Below are positions 16,399-26,994 of a stretch of 64,000 bases of DNA, piece by piece (positions within the stretch are counted from its first letter, which is position 1; each line of letters opens with the position of its first letter). The stretch lies in assembly GCA_045593905.1 (NCBI GenBank), contig JAZNXL010000014.1:19848-83847 (forward strand). The letters run 5' to 3'. This DNA is from Eubacteriales bacterium. Its GTDB lineage: Bacteria > Bacillota > Clostridia > Oscillospirales > QAKW01. A program made the translations under genes and the position numbers. The notes beneath the pieces are model-generated. The model saw nothing but the letters and a program-made list of their open reading frames with translations. It did no database searches and was not told where the DNA came from.

Positions 16399-17255
16399 TA
16401 ACGCTTAAATCTTATGCAAAAATTAATATCTCGCTTGACCTTGTAGGCAAACGCGACGACGGTTACCACCTTTTGCGCTCGGTTATGCAAAAGATATCGC
16501 TTTGCGATTATGTAACTGTTAAAGGGTCAGAGTCGGGTATTAAACTAAAGTGTAACCGTAAGTACATTCCAACAGATGAGCGAAATATAGCATACCGTGC
16601 TGCAGCCGCGTTTTTTAAAGCTACAGGTATTAACGGCGGTTGTAACATAACGCTAAAAAAATACATTCCTTGCGGAGCGGGTCTGGGTGGCGGAAGCTCA
16701 AACGGAGCGGCGGTTTTTGACGCGCTTTGCAGCCTTTATAAAGTAAACTTTGATGCCGATAAAAAGAGCGAGATTTTGCAATCGGTCGGCGCTGACATTC
16801 CGTTTTTCTTTTATGGCGGAACAGCGCTCATAGAGGGCATTGGCGAAAAAGTGACACCGCTTAAAAATCTTCCCGACTGCCGAATTCTTATAGTAAAACC
16901 GCCTGTTTCACTGTCGACTGCGGCAATATTCTCATCACCGCTTGTTAAAGGCGGTTTTGGTACGAACTCAACCGACAAGGTTATTGATGCAATCAACAAT
17001 GGTGACATTGACGGGGTAATTTCGGGCGCTTATAACGCGCTTGAGGGCGCCAGCATAAACGAAGCGCCTGTTATTGCCGACATAAAAAACGAGCTTTTAA
17101 ACTGCGGCGCTGATTTTTCAATGATGAGCGGGTCAGGGTCGGCTGTTTACGGAATTTTTAAAAACTATAAAGCCTGTAAAATGGCTTACCAAACACTTAT
17201 TACAAAATACAAAGACACTTACATTACAAAACCAATAAACGAGCACGCTGAATAG
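16395..17255 (+). CDS. ispE: 4-(cytidine 5'-diphospho)-2-C-methyl-D-erythritol kinase
   Basis: N-terminus KSYAKINISLDLVGKRDDGYH and GHMP kinase motif PCGAGLGGGSSNGAAV. Confidence 0.92.
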   Translation: MITLKSYAKINISLDLVGKRDDGYHLLRSVMQKISLCDYVTVKGSESGIKLKCNRKYIPTDERNIAYRAAAAFFKATGINGGCNITLKKYIPCGAGLGGGSSNGAAVFDALCSLYKVNFDADKKSEILQSVGADIPFFFYGGTALIEGIGEKVTPLKNLPDCRILIVKPPVSLSTAAIFSSPLVKGGFGTNSTDKVIDAINNGDIDGVISGAYNALEGASINEAPVIADIKNELLNCGADFSMMSGSGSAVYGIFKNYKACKMAYQTLITKYKDTYITKPINEHAE

Positions 17256-17267
17256 CGTGCTTTTTTT
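17242..17267 (+). terminator. rho-independent terminator overlapping the ispE stop
   Basis: Stem AGCACGCT / AGCGTGCT with GAAT loop and a T7 run. Confidence 0.8.
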
Positions 17268-17300
17268 GTGTCGATAATCACCCTGAAAGGTGTGATTGAT

Positions 17301-17927
17301 ATGAAAAAATCTATACTTTACGTATCTGCTTTGTTTGGTTGCTTTTTTATACTGCTTGCAATTTATTGCATATCATTAAATAATGATGCAAAACAAATTA
17401 AAGACGGAGTTTTGCGCTTTCACATTGTTGCAAACTCAAATACTGATAACGACCAACAACTAAAACTAAAAGTGCGCGACGGTATTGCCGACTACTGTTC
17501 TGAGTTGTTTGGCGGTTTGAATAATAAAACACAAGCGGTAGATATTGCAAATAAAAATCTTGAAAATCTCAAACAAAAAGCTGAATTGATTTTAAAGCAA
17601 AACGGTTGTGAAAACGCTGTTAGCGTTTGCGTAACCGAGCGATATTTTCCTACCAAAGACTACGAGGGCGTCAGCCTTCCTGCAGGTGTTTACGATACTC
17701 TTGATATAAAAATAGGCTCTGCCGAGGGCGAAAATTTTTGGTGTGTAATGTTTCCTGATATTTGTATTTCTTCTTCCAGCGCAAAAACAAATAAACAAAA
17801 ACTTTCTACTGTTCTTTCGGGCGACAGCTTAAAAATTGCAACAAATAATAAATCTTGTCGTGTTCGTTTCAAATTTAAAACTATCGAGCTTATTGAGTCG
17901 GTTAAAAACAAAATTAAAGATAAATAA
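17301..17927 (+). CDS. spoIIR: stage II sporulation protein R
   Basis: Signal/TM segment, then LRFHIVANSNTDNDQQLKLKVRD and the CVMFP motif characteristic of SpoIIR. I chose the ATG at 17301, which sits behind AAAGGTG. Confidence 0.88.
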   Translation: MKKSILYVSALFGCFFILLAIYCISLNNDAKQIKDGVLRFHIVANSNTDNDQQLKLKVRDGIADYCSELFGGLNNKTQAVDIANKNLENLKQKAELILKQNGCENAVSVCVTERYFPTKDYEGVSLPAGVYDTLDIKIGSAEGENFWCVMFPDICISSSSAKTNKQKLSTVLSGDSLKIATNNKSCRVRFKFKTIELIESVKNKIKDK

Positions 17928-18047
17928 TTCAGTATACATTTAGTGTGATTTATGCAACATAAAGTTATATATTTATAATACTGCCTTTGTTATAATTAAT
18001 GTGTATATTATATATTAGTATAGTTGTCCCGAAAGGAAGAAACATTT

Positions 18048-21000
18048 ATGATTAAGGCTAAAAGATTATTTGCGAGTGTTCTTTGTGTAATAATGCTTAT
18101 GTCAGCATTTGCCACAATTGCGCTTGCCGATACACAAAAGTATTTTGCAACCGACTATGTTTGCGTACCTAACGACCCTTCAACACCTGCAATCAAAAAC
18201 ACTGCAGTTATGTTCTCGTACGCTGCACACGGCTTGCCCGACAAAACCGAAATACCGATTATGTGGGACGGCGAAGAATATATATTTGTAGTTGGTGAAA
18301 ACGTTTTTGATGATTATAGCGATGCGCATACAGCTGCTGACCGTCTTGCAGGTAGCAGTATTCCTCAGGTTCTTATTGCCGCAGGTACATATAATAAAAT
18401 CGACTTTGGCGCAGCAGTACAGGCATACGGCTACGACTGGAACCAAAACCCCAATGTCAAAGACGAGTCTGACCCGTTCAGAGAATGGACATATAATCCT
18501 GCTTTTACAGACGGAACCAATACCGAAGTTTTAGACGTGTTTATTGCTGAGTCGGCATCGGGTTCGTCAATCAGTCTTTACGGCCTTGAAATTACACATA
18601 GATTTTACGATATAATGCGCGGCGTAAACAACAATAAAACAGTAATTACGCTCAAAAACTGTGTCCTTAATCAAAAAGCTGAATATAAAACTTTACCTGT
18701 ATACCATAATAGCGGAGTAACAGGTCGTACCGATGTTAGAGCTAACCAGTTTGCTTTCTCGTTCTGGAACGGCAACTCACATCACTCTTCTTCGGGTACC
18801 GCTAACGTTAATAACAAAGACGAAACTCATCTTATCAACTTCCGTATTCAAAGGGTTGATATGAAACAACCTGCGTCAGTTACTTACACAAACTATTTTA
18901 TGGACGAACTTGCTTCGCCTACACTTGTGTTCGATGGACTTTGTGCCGACTGGCAAAATTCAGGTCTTAAGTCAATGGGCTGGTTTAAGGTTGCCGATAA
19001 GGTTAAAAAATCTTATCTTTGTATTAAAAACTCATACATCGGAATGGACCTTAGCATCGAAACCCGTACAGGCGGCAGCTCGCCTGATACCGACCCGTCA
19101 CTTTCAACAACAGTTGAGTTTTCGGGTAACATTATTAAAAATAAAGCTACTATTTACCAAAACCGTACCTCAAAGGTCGACTTTAACAATAATATCTTTA
19201 TAAGCCCCGGCGCAAAGCTTTTTAAACTTGGTAATGACGCTTCGGCTTCTGACTTGACAAATAAAGTCTCTATCAGAGATAACATAATACTTGGCACTGA
19301 CGAGTTTATTTACGACGAGGGTTCGGCAAACTCGAAGGTAGATATGACAGGTACCTTTATTTTACCTTCGGTTGATGCAAACTATAAGTCACAGTTTAGT
19401 TCAATTGCACCTACAGGTAATATTAAGTATGATTATTTCTATATGGACGGCGCAAGAACAATCAAGTCAAGCGTTGTTCAAGAGTTCAGCGTTGACGGCG
19501 TTGTTAAAGATGACAATGCTTTAACAATGACCGCTACAGTTCCGTCTGATTCATATAAATTCTCACCTGTTGTTACAGCTAATAATTTTAGCTACAAAAT
19601 TTTCAATTCAGATGCCGAGTTTTCAAACATCGGTAACCTTACCGATGCAGAGAAGGTAACAGGTGCGCTTACACTTAAAAATACCAAAAACTATTTTGTG
19701 TTTGTTGCATACTCGCCCGACGGTCAGGTTGCAGTGCCTTATAAATTTACTGTTACAAGAGAAGGCCCTGCTTTCCCGTTTGCCTTAAACGGTCAGGCTT
19801 GCCAAAGCAGAGAGGTTTATTTTACAACCGATAGCGATGAATTTGTGTTTGAGCCTGCTCAATCGGCAGCTTATTCAACAAAACTTTTAGATGCTTCGTT
19901 GAACGAACTTAACAGCTCGACCGTAACTTTCGATTACAGAGGCCAGACCAAAGAGTTCGTTTATGAGCTCTCTGATGGCGTGACAAAAGAGTATTACACA
20001 GTTTATGTAACACGCGGTTTTAGTAAAGAGTGCGAAATCTTATCGGTTTCGGGTCTTGTAAAAACCGATAGCTGCTATGAAATTACCGTACCAAGAGGTA
20101 CAAAAAGCTTTACATTTGATATTGAAATTTCACCCGATGCTACCGCTACTGTATTCAGAGGTACAGAAGCCTATGCAATGATTGACAACAAAATTACTGT
20201 TAACAATGTTAAAGAGGGTGCGTATACACTTGCGGTAGTTGCACAAGACGGCGTAACATCAACTTTAGTTTCGCTTGTTGTAAATATTTCAAAATCAAAT
20301 AAGGCTGACCTTTTATCAGTTAAAGGCGCAACCGCTAATGCTGATGGCAGCTTACAGGTTGTTACAAAAGGCTTGTTTACAATCGAGCCTACAGTGTCTG
20401 AGGGCGCAACCTATACCGTATACCTTGATAAAAACTTAACATCAATTGAACCTACAGGTGTTATTGATGTATACGGCAACAGAAGTGCATACATAGTTGT
20501 TACATCTGAAGATGGCAGTAATTCGAGCCTGACCGAAATCAAATTTGTATATGATGATTCGGGCATTACAATCGGCGGTGTTCAAAACACATCAAACTAC
20601 GTTTATGTTGAGACTGCTAAAAATCAAGATACATACACACTCGATATAAAAGCTAAAAATTGTACTTACAAGCTTTATGCTGATGCTAAAAAGACAGTTT
20701 CGGCATCAAATACAATTAAGTTAGAAACAGGCAACACAATTGTTTATGCCGAGGTTACCTACCAAAACGGTACAAGCGATTTTGTTCAAATTTGTATTTC
20801 ATCTCAAAAGAGCGAAGTTAATTACAATGACCAGTCATTAATTCCGCAGTGGGCTCAAAGTTATGTTTATGCACTTAATAAGAGCGGAATTGGTCTTTTC
20901 AAAGGCGATGAAAAAGGCAACTTTAATGCAGATAGCGGTATGACAAGATACGAGGTTGCCGCAATCGCAGTAAGACTTATGGGTGTTGATGCTTCACAAT

Positions 21001-21437
21001 TCGCTAATGTTGAACACAGCTTTACCGATAGCATTGAGCCTTGGGCACTCAACTATGTAAAAGCCGCTTCGGCACTTGGTGTACTCAGCGGTACCTACGA
21101 TGCAAACGGTAAACTCATATTTGACGGTAGCTCAACTACCACCCGTGAGCAGCTTGCAAAAATCATGGTTGATATATTACTTTATCGCGAGGGCGAAACC
21201 GCAACAGTTCAACAGGTTTATAACAAAAACAAAGCTGATGCCGATGCATACTTTAATAAACTTGCTATTGTAGACAGCGCTGATATCGCTGATTGGGCAA
21301 TACCTTATGTTAAACTTTCATTTTTAACAGGCGTTTTTGAAGGTTCGTTAGAAAATAACAAACTTTACTTTAAACCCAAACAAAATATCAAGCGTCAAGA
21401 AATGGCAGTTGTTGCATGTAAGTATTATTTCGAATAA
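18048..21437 (+). CDS. large cell-surface protein with signal peptide, beta-helix-like N-region, repeated Ig/cadherin-like modules and three C-terminal SLH domains
   Basis: Signal peptide MIKAKRLFASVLCVIMLMSAFATIALA. Repeated LSVSG/LSVKG beta-sandwich modules. Three SLH repeats (IPQWAQSYVYAL..., IEPWALNYVKAA..., IADWAIPYVKLS...). Confidence 0.85.
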   Translation: MIKAKRLFASVLCVIMLMSAFATIALADTQKYFATDYVCVPNDPSTPAIKNTAVMFSYAAHGLPDKTEIPIMWDGEEYIFVVGENVFDDYSDAHTAADRLAGSSIPQVLIAAGTYNKIDFGAAVQAYGYDWNQNPNVKDESDPFREWTYNPAFTDGTNTEVLDVFIAESASGSSISLYGLEITHRFYDIMRGVNNNKTVITLKNCVLNQKAEYKTLPVYHNSGVTGRTDVRANQFAFSFWNGNSHHSSSGTANVNNKDETHLINFRIQRVDMKQPASVTYTNYFMDELASPTLVFDGLCADWQNSGLKSMGWFKVADKVKKSYLCIKNSYIGMDLSIETRTGGSSPDTDPSLSTTVEFSGNIIKNKATIYQNRTSKVDFNNNIFISPGAKLFKLGNDASASDLTNKVSIRDNIILGTDEFIYDEGSANSKVDMTGTFILPSVDANYKSQFSSIAPTGNIKYDYFYMDGARTIKSSVVQEFSVDGVVKDDNALTMTATVPSDSYKFSPVVTANNFSYKIFNSDAEFSNIGNLTDAEKVTGALTLKNTKNYFVFVAYSPDGQVAVPYKFTVTREGPAFPFALNGQACQSREVYFTTDSDEFVFEPAQSAAYSTKLLDASLNELNSSTVTFDYRGQTKEFVYELSDGVTKEYYTVYVTRGFSKECEILSVSGLVKTDSCYEITVPRGTKSFTFDIEISPDATATVFRGTEAYAMIDNKITVNNVKEGAYTLAVVAQDGVTSTLVSLVVNISKSNKADLLSVKGATANADGSLQVVTKGLFTIEPTVSEGATYTVYLDKNLTSIEPTGVIDVYGNRSAYIVVTSEDGSNSSLTEIKFVYDDSGITIGGVQNTSNYVYVETAKNQDTYTLDIKAKNCTYKLYADAKKTVSASNTIKLETGNTIVYAEVTYQNGTSDFVQICISSQKSEVNYNDQSLIPQWAQSYVYALNKSGIGLFKGDEKGNFNADSGMTRYEVAAIAVRLMGVDASQFANVEHSFTDSIEPWALNYVKAASALGVLSGTYDANGKLIFDGSSTTTREQLAKIMVDILLYREGETATVQQVYNKNKADADAYFNKLAIVDSADIADWAIPYVKLSFLTGVFEGSLENNKLYFKPKQNIKRQEMAVVACKYYFE

Positions 21438-21445
21438 AACAAAAA

Positions 21446-21474
21446 AGACTCAACCGATTTGGTTGAGTCTTTTA
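21446..21474 (+). terminator. rho-independent terminator
   Basis: Stem GACTCAACC / GGTTGAGTC with a 5-nt loop and a T-run. Confidence 0.8.
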
Positions 21475-21534
21475 TTATATATAATAAGGAAAAAACTCGG
21501 TTTAAATTGTAAAAAAAATTTTTTAAAAAAAGTG

Positions 21535-21563
21535 TTGCAATTTATATACACCTGTGTTATAAT
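21535..21563 (+). promoter_or_regulatory. strong sigma-A promoter of the S10 operon with A/T-rich UP-like region
   Basis: TTGCAA, exactly 17 nt, TATAAT. Preceded by A8T6A7 tracts at 21511-21531. Confidence 0.7.
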
Positions 21564-21881
21564 CATTAGGCGTGACTAAATGCGATGATGCGGGAGGTGG
21601 CTGCAAGGCAGCATTTGTCCTGTCTTTTGCAGGGAATTTCCGCGGAGTATGTTCGGTTTAAAACCGGGCGGCAAACGGTCTAAATTTAAACACAGTAAAG
21701 GTTCTTGGAACTGCCGGATGTATCCGGTAAGCCGCAAAAGAGAGTTTTTGCGCCAAAGGTTCGGTTAAAATTAACCGATTTTTTTATGGGAGCGTGTGGA
21801 ACACACGGCTTAGTGTTAAAATTTATTTCGGTAAAATTGCTGTCAAAACCAAATAATTCATTATTTAAGGAGGATAAGCAA
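21564..21881 (+). promoter_or_regulatory. long structured 5' leader of the S10 operon with terminator-like hairpin
   Basis: About 310 nt between promoter and rpsJ with several hairpins (21714-21727, 21733-21752, 21792-21806). The stem TCGGTTA / TAACCGA at 21761-21778 is followed by T7. Confidence 0.5.
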
Positions 21882-22193
21882 ATGGCAAAGTCAGAAAAAA
21901 TCAGAATCAGAATCAAAGGCTATGAGTCAATGCTCGTTGACCAAACAGCTCGTAAAATCATTGATGCTGCTGAAAGAACAGGCGCTGTAGTTTCGGGTCC
22001 TATTCCGTTACCTACAAAAAAAGAAGTAGTCACCATTCTTCGCGCTGTTCATAAGTATAAAGATTCAAGAGAACAGTTTGAGAGAAGAACTCATATTCGT
22101 CTGATTGATGTTGTTAAGCCCACAGCAAAAACAGCTGAGGCTCTTAGCAATCTTGAGCTTCCGGCAGGCGTTGACATAGAGATTAAACTCTAA
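21882..22193 (+). CDS. rpsJ: 30S ribosomal protein S10
   Basis: [15 protein letters not shown]..., ATG behind AAGGAGGA. The longer ORF-track version includes leader sequence. Confidence 0.97.
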   Translation: MAKSEKIRIRIKGYESMLVDQTARKIIDAAERTGAVVSGPIPLPTKKEVVTILRAVHKYKDSREQFERRTHIRLIDVVKPTAKTAEALSNLELPAGVDIEIKL

Positions 22194-22255
22194 TAGTCAA
22201 AAATTGTCGGGGTCATGTTGATTAAATCAACCAATAACCTAAGGAGGAAAAGAAA

Positions 22256-22891
22256 GTGAAAAAAGGTATTATCGGAAAGAAAATCGGAATGACACAAGTT
22301 TTCGACGAAAACGGTAATGTAGTTCCGGTAACTGTCATCCAAGCTGGACCTTGTACAGTAGTACAAAAGAAAACAGTTGAAAAAGACGGTTATGCATCAG
22401 TTCAGCTCGGTTATGCTGACGCAAAAGAAAACAATGTAACAAAACCTATGAAAGGTCATTTCGACAAGGCAGGCGTTGCTTACAAACGCATCCTTAAAGA
22501 GTTTAGACTCGACGATACTGACTCAGTAAACGTTGGCGACGTAATCGCAGTTGACTCATTCGAAGTTGGCGCAGGCGTTGACGTAACAGGTATTTCAAAG
22601 GGTAAAGGTTTTGCCGGTACCATCAAACGTTACAACGGTCATCGCGGACCGATGACACACGGTGGCGGTCCTACCCACAGACATGCAGGTTCAATGGGCG
22701 CATGTTCATCGCCTTCAAGAATCTACAAAGGCAAAAAGATGCCGGGACACATGGGCGCTGTTAAAGTAACAGTTCAAAATCTCGACATCGTAAAAATTGA
22801 CACTGAAAACAACTTGCTCGTAGTTAAGGGTGCTATTCCTGGTCCTAAAGGTTCAGTAGTAACCGTAAAGAGCACTGTTAAAAACGGTTAA
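22256..22891 (+). CDS. rplC: 50S ribosomal protein L3
   Basis: [19 protein letters not shown]...; GTG start. Confidence 0.97.
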   Translation: MKKGIIGKKIGMTQVFDENGNVVPVTVIQAGPCTVVQKKTVEKDGYASVQLGYADAKENNVTKPMKGHFDKAGVAYKRILKEFRLDDTDSVNVGDVIAVDSFEVGAGVDVTGISKGKGFAGTIKRYNGHRGPMTHGGGPTHRHAGSMGACSSPSRIYKGKKMPGHMGAVKVTVQNLDIVKIDTENNLLVVKGAIPGPKGSVVTVKSTVKNG

Positions 22892-22908
22892 GAGGGAGGT
22901 AAAACATA

Positions 22909-23529
22909 ATGGCTACAATCGACGTATTGAACATGAACGGCGAAAAAGTTTCAACAATGGAACTTAACGATGCAATCTTCGCTATCGAGGCTAACAAGCC
23001 TGCAATGCACATGGCAGTTACAAACTACCTCGCAAACCAAAGACAAGGTACACAATCAGCTCTTACACGCGCTGAGGTTTCTGGCGGCGGCAAAAAACCC
23101 TGGAGACAAAAGGGTACAGGCCACGCAAGACAGGGTTCAACAAGAAGCCCGCAGTGGACACACGGCGGTATCGTATTTGCACCCAAGCCCCGTGACTACC
23201 GTTTTGCAATCAATAAAAAGCTTAGAAGACTTGCTCTTAAATCAGCTCTTTCAACAAAACTTGCTGAAGGCAACCTCATCGTTGTAGACAGCATCACAGT
23301 TGAAGACTACAAAACAAAAACAGTTGTTAATATGCTTGACGCCCTCGGCGTTTGCAAAGGCTTAATCGTTAATGCAGAGCACAACAACTTCTTCATTAAG
23401 AGCGCTGCTAACATCCCCGGTGTTAAAACAGCTCTTACAAACACAATCAACACCTACGATATCCTTAAGTATGAAAAGCTCGTTCTTACAGCGGATGCCG
23501 TTAAGAAAATCGAGGAGGTGTACGCATAA
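22909..23529 (+). CDS. rplD: 50S ribosomal protein L4
   Basis: KPWRQKGTGHARQGSTRSPQW motif. Confidence 0.97.
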   Translation: MATIDVLNMNGEKVSTMELNDAIFAIEANKPAMHMAVTNYLANQRQGTQSALTRAEVSGGGKKPWRQKGTGHARQGSTRSPQWTHGGIVFAPKPRDYRFAINKKLRRLALKSALSTKLAEGNLIVVDSITVEDYKTKTVVNMLDALGVCKGLIVNAEHNNFFIKSAANIPGVKTALTNTINTYDILKYEKLVLTADAVKKIEEVYA

Positions 23530-23822
23530 TGAAGTCAGTATATGACGTAATTCAAAAACCTATCATCTCTGAAAAATCGATGGCAGGTATGCAAAACAAA
23601 ACCTACGCATTTAAAGTAGCAGTTGATGCAAACAAGGTTGAAATTAAAGAAGCTGTTGAAAAAATCTTCGGCGTTAAAGTTGAAAAGGTTACAACAGTAA
23701 ACTGCTCAGGTAAAGAAAAAAGAATGGGTGTTCACTCAGGCTTTACTGCAAAAAGCAAAAAAGCGTACGTAACACTCACACAAGAGTCAAAGACAATCGA
23801 GTTCTTTGACGGTATGATGTAA
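23529..23822 (+). CDS. rplW: 50S ribosomal protein L23
   Basis: [11 protein letters not shown]...YAFKV pattern; position in the operon. Confidence 0.96.
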   Translation: MKSVYDVIQKPIISEKSMAGMQNKTYAFKVAVDANKVEIKEAVEKIFGVKVEKVTTVNCSGKEKRMGVHSGFTAKSKKAYVTLTQESKTIEFFDGMM

Positions 23823-23835
23823 GGAGGAGTTAATA

Positions 23836-24672
23836 ATGGCTATTAAAACATACAAACCTACAACTCCCGGCAGACGTCAAATGACAAACGTTGACTACAG
23901 CGTATTATCAAAGGACGCTCCCGAAAAGTCACTTCTCACACACGTTAAAAAGAATTCGGGCCGTAACAGCTACGGTAGAATCACTGTTCGTCATCAAGGT
24001 GGCGGTAACAAGAGAAAGTACAGAGTTATTGACTTTAAAAGAAACGCTAAATTCGGCGTTGCAGCAACAGTAGAGTCAATTCAGTATGACCCTTTCCGTT
24101 CAGCATTCATTGCACTCATCAAGTATGAAGACGGCGAAAAGGCATACATCATTTGTCCCGACGGCGTTTCGGTTGGCGATAAGCTCGTAGCAGGCCCCGA
24201 AGCTGATATTAAAGCAGGTAACACACTTCCGCTTGAAAACATTCCCGTTGGTACATTTATTTACAACGTAGAGCTTCACCCCGGCAAAGGCGCACAGCTC
24301 GTTCGCTCAGCTGGTAACTCTGCACAGCTTATGGCTAAAGAAAACGGTTACGCTCAGGTAAGACTTCCTTCAGGCGAAGTTAGACTTATCAAACTTAACT
24401 GTCTTGCAACAATCGGTACCGTTTCAAACGGCGACCACTCAAACGTAACAATCGGTAAAGCTGGTAAAAAACGTCACATGGGCGTTCGTCCTACAGTTCG
24501 CGGTTCGGTTATGAACCCCTGCGACCATCCCCACGGTGGTGGTGAGGGTAAATCACCTATCGGTCGTCCCGGTCCTGTTACACCTTGGGGTAAACCCACT
24601 CTTGGTTACAAGACACGTGCTAAGAAAAACCGTTCAAACAAATTCATCGTTAAACGTCGTAATGACGCATAA
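23836..24672 (+). CDS. rplB: 50S ribosomal protein L2
   Basis: [14 protein letters not shown]..., [19 protein letters not shown]. Confidence 0.98.
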   Translation: MAIKTYKPTTPGRRQMTNVDYSVLSKDAPEKSLLTHVKKNSGRNSYGRITVRHQGGGNKRKYRVIDFKRNAKFGVAATVESIQYDPFRSAFIALIKYEDGEKAYIICPDGVSVGDKLVAGPEADIKAGNTLPLENIPVGTFIYNVELHPGKGAQLVRSAGNSAQLMAKENGYAQVRLPSGEVRLIKLNCLATIGTVSNGDHSNVTIGKAGKKRHMGVRPTVRGSVMNPCDHPHGGGEGKSPIGRPGPVTPWGKPTLGYKTRAKKNRSNKFIVKRRNDA

Positions 24673-24693
24673 GCCGGAAGGAGGATTATTTAA

Positions 24694-24966
24694 ATGGGTA
24701 GAAGCGTTAAAAAGGGTCCTTTCGTTGACCCCAAGCTTTTAGCAAAAGTTAGAAAAATGAACGAAACCGGCGAAAAGATTGTGCTCAAGAGCTGGTCGAG
24801 AGCATCAACAATCTTCCCCGATTTTGTTGGTCACACAATCGCAATCCATGACGGAAGAAAACACGTACCGATTTATGTAACCGAAGATATGGTTGGTCAT
24901 AAATTCGGCGAGTTTGCTCCCACAAGAACTTTTAGAGGCCATGCGGGCTCTAAAACATCAAAGTAA
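24694..24966 (+). CDS. rpsS: 30S ribosomal protein S19
   Basis: [11 protein letters not shown]..., [13 protein letters not shown]. Confidence 0.98.
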   Translation: MGRSVKKGPFVDPKLLAKVRKMNETGEKIVLKSWSRASTIFPDFVGHTIAIHDGRKHVPIYVTEDMVGHKFGEFAPTRTFRGHAGSKTSK

Positions 24967-24986
24967 GAGCAAGGAGGAATATATAA

Positions 24987-25325
24987 ATGCAAGCAAAAGC
25001 ACATTTAAAATATCTTAGAATCTCTCCTCGCAAGGTTAGCATAGTTCTTGACCTCATTAGAAACAAACCGGCTAAGTACGCTATGGCAGTTTTAAAGAAC
25101 ACCAACAAAGCAGCTTCACAACCGGTTGCAAAACTTCTTAAGAGCGCAATGGCAAATGCCGAAAACAATTTCGGTATGAACGTAGACAATCTTATTGTTA
25201 AAGAGTGTTTCGTTTGTGCAGGCCCTATTCTTAAGAGAATTATGCCCAGAGCACAGGGAAGAGCTTTCAGAATTAACAAAAGAACTTCTCACGTTACAAT
25301 CGTGTTAGAGGAGAAGGAGGCATAA
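24987..25325 (+). CDS. rplV: 50S ribosomal protein L22
   Basis: [15 protein letters not shown]..., [17 protein letters not shown]. Confidence 0.97.
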   Translation: MQAKAHLKYLRISPRKVSIVLDLIRNKPAKYAMAVLKNTNKAASQPVAKLLKSAMANAENNFGMNVDNLIVKECFVCAGPILKRIMPRAQGRAFRINKRTSHVTIVLEEKEA

Positions 25326-25326
25326 T

Positions 25327-26001
25327 ATGGGACAAAAAGTACATCCACACGGAATGAGAGTCGGCGTTATTAAAGGTTGGGACTCAAGATGGATAGCTAA
25401 GGACAGCGTTGCAGGCGACCTTATCCTCGAGGACTACAAAGTTCGTGAGTTCTTAAAGAAAAAATACTATGACGCAGGACTTCCTAAAATAGAAATTGAG
25501 CGTTCAGCAGACGGCAGCAACATGAGAGTTCTTCTTTCATGCGCAAAACCCGGTCTTGTAATCGGCCGCGGCGGTTCTGAAATTGAAAAGCTCAAAGCAG
25601 AGCTTGTTAAAATGACAGGCAAAAAAGTAGATGTAAAAATCATCGAAGTTAAAAACATCGACACAAACGCACAGCTCGTAGCTGAAAGCTGCGCAGCACA
25701 GCTCGAAAAGAGAATTGCGTTCAGACGTGTTATGAAACAGTCAATCGGCAGAACAATGCGCACAGGTGCTAAGGGTATCAAAATTATGATATCAGGTAGA
25801 CTTAACGGCGCTGAAATCGCAAGAAGCGAAACATACCACGAAGGTACAATCCCGCTTCAAACACTCCGTGCTGACATCGACTACGGTTTTGCAGAAGCTG
25901 ATACCACATACGGTAAACTCGGTGTTAAAGTATGGATTTATAAGGGCGAAATTCTTGCTGATGTAAAGAGAACATCTAAAAGAGAAGGAGGCGCTAAATA
26001 A
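25327..26001 (+). CDS. rpsC: 30S ribosomal protein S3
   Basis: [13 protein letters not shown]..., KH domain [14 protein letters not shown]. Confidence 0.98.
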   Translation: MGQKVHPHGMRVGVIKGWDSRWIAKDSVAGDLILEDYKVREFLKKKYYDAGLPKIEIERSADGSNMRVLLSCAKPGLVIGRGGSEIEKLKAELVKMTGKKVDVKIIEVKNIDTNAQLVAESCAAQLEKRIAFRRVMKQSIGRTMRTGAKGIKIMISGRLNGAEIARSETYHEGTIPLQTLRADIDYGFAEADTTYGKLGVKVWIYKGEILADVKRTSKREGGAK

Positions 26002-26438
26002 TGCTTATCCCTAAGAGAGTAAAATACAGAAAAGTTCAAAGGGGTCGCATGAAGGGCAAGGCTACTCGTGGCAATACACTTGCATACGGTGAATACGGTC
26101 TTGTTGCAACAGAGCCTTCATGGATTACAAACAATCAAATCGAGGCTGCCCGTATCGCTATGACAAGATACCTCAAAAGAGGCGGTCGCGTATGGATTAA
26201 AATCTTCCCCGATAAGCCTGTAACACAAAAACCTGCTGAAACTCGTATGGGTTCTGGTAAAGGTTCGGTAGAATACTGGGTAGCAGTTGTTAAACCCGGC
26301 AGAGTTATGTTTGAAATCGCAGACGTAACCGAAGAACAGGCAAGAGAAGCTATGCGCCTTGCAATGCACAAACTTCCTATCAAATGTAAGTTTGTAACAA
26401 AGGCTTCTTTCGAAAACAACAAAGCGGGCGAAAATTAA
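26001..26438 (+). CDS. rplP: 50S ribosomal protein L16
   Basis: [19 protein letters not shown]... Confidence 0.98.
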   Translation: MLIPKRVKYRKVQRGRMKGKATRGNTLAYGEYGLVATEPSWITNNQIEAARIAMTRYLKRGGRVWIKIFPDKPVTQKPAETRMGSGKGSVEYWVAVVKPGRVMFEIADVTEEQAREAMRLAMHKLPIKCKFVTKASFENNKAGEN

Positions 26439-26482
26439 GAACGGTTTTAATACCGAACTTTAAGGAAAGGATTGGTTAACAC

Positions 26483-26683
26483 ATGAAAGCAAGTTCACTC
26501 AGAGAATTGAGCGTAGCTGAGCTCGAATCAAAGCTCACTGACCTCAAAAAAGAACTTTTTAATTTAAAATTTCAACATTCAACAAACCAGCTTGAAAACC
26601 CGCAGCGTATCGCAGCAGTGAAGAAAGACATTGCAAGAGTAAATACTGTCCTTCGTCAGCTCGAGTTGCAGGAAAGCAAGTAA
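26483..26683 (+). CDS. rpmC: 50S ribosomal protein L29
   Basis: LRELSVAELESKLTDLKKELFNLKFQ. Confidence 0.96.
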   Translation: MKASSLRELSVAELESKLTDLKKELFNLKFQHSTNQLENPQRIAAVKKDIARVNTVLRQLELQESK

Positions 26684-26709
26684 TTTCTTGATAAAGGAGG
26701 AATTGTTAA

Positions 26710-26964
26710 ATGGAAAGAACACTTAGAAAAACCCGTGTGGGTACAGTAGTTAGCGACAAAATGGAAAAAACCATCGTTGTTGCTGTAAAAGACAACGTAA
26801 AGCATCCTTTGTACAAGAAAGTTATTAAGAAAACATATAAACTCAAAGCACACGATGAAAACAACGAGTGCGGTATCGGTGATACAGTTGAGGTTATGGA
26901 AACAAGACCGCTTTCTAAAGACAAAAGATGGAGACTTGTAAGAATAATCGAAAAGGCTAAATAA
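26710..26964 (+). CDS. rpsQ: 30S ribosomal protein S17
   Basis: [21 protein letters not shown]..., SKDKRWRLV. Confidence 0.97.
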   Translation: MERTLRKTRVGTVVSDKMEKTIVVAVKDNVKHPLYKKVIKKTYKLKAHDENNECGIGDTVEVMETRPLSKDKRWRLVRIIEKAK

Positions 26965-26994
26965 TAAACAAGATATAATAAGGAGGACAAAATC

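Noticed and set aside
17269-17275. TGTCGAT, one mismatch from the Spo0A 0A-box (TGTCGAA), just upstream of spoIIR.
   Set aside because: It is a single imperfect 7-mer located within or next to the ispE terminator tail. That is too little information to call a binding site. I also could not find a convincing sigma-F promoter.
21705-21881. N-terminal 59-aa extension of the rpsJ ORF in the track.
   Set aside because: S10 homologues start at [10 protein letters not shown] strong AAGGAGGA precedes 21882. The extension runs through hairpins and a T7 tract of the leader.
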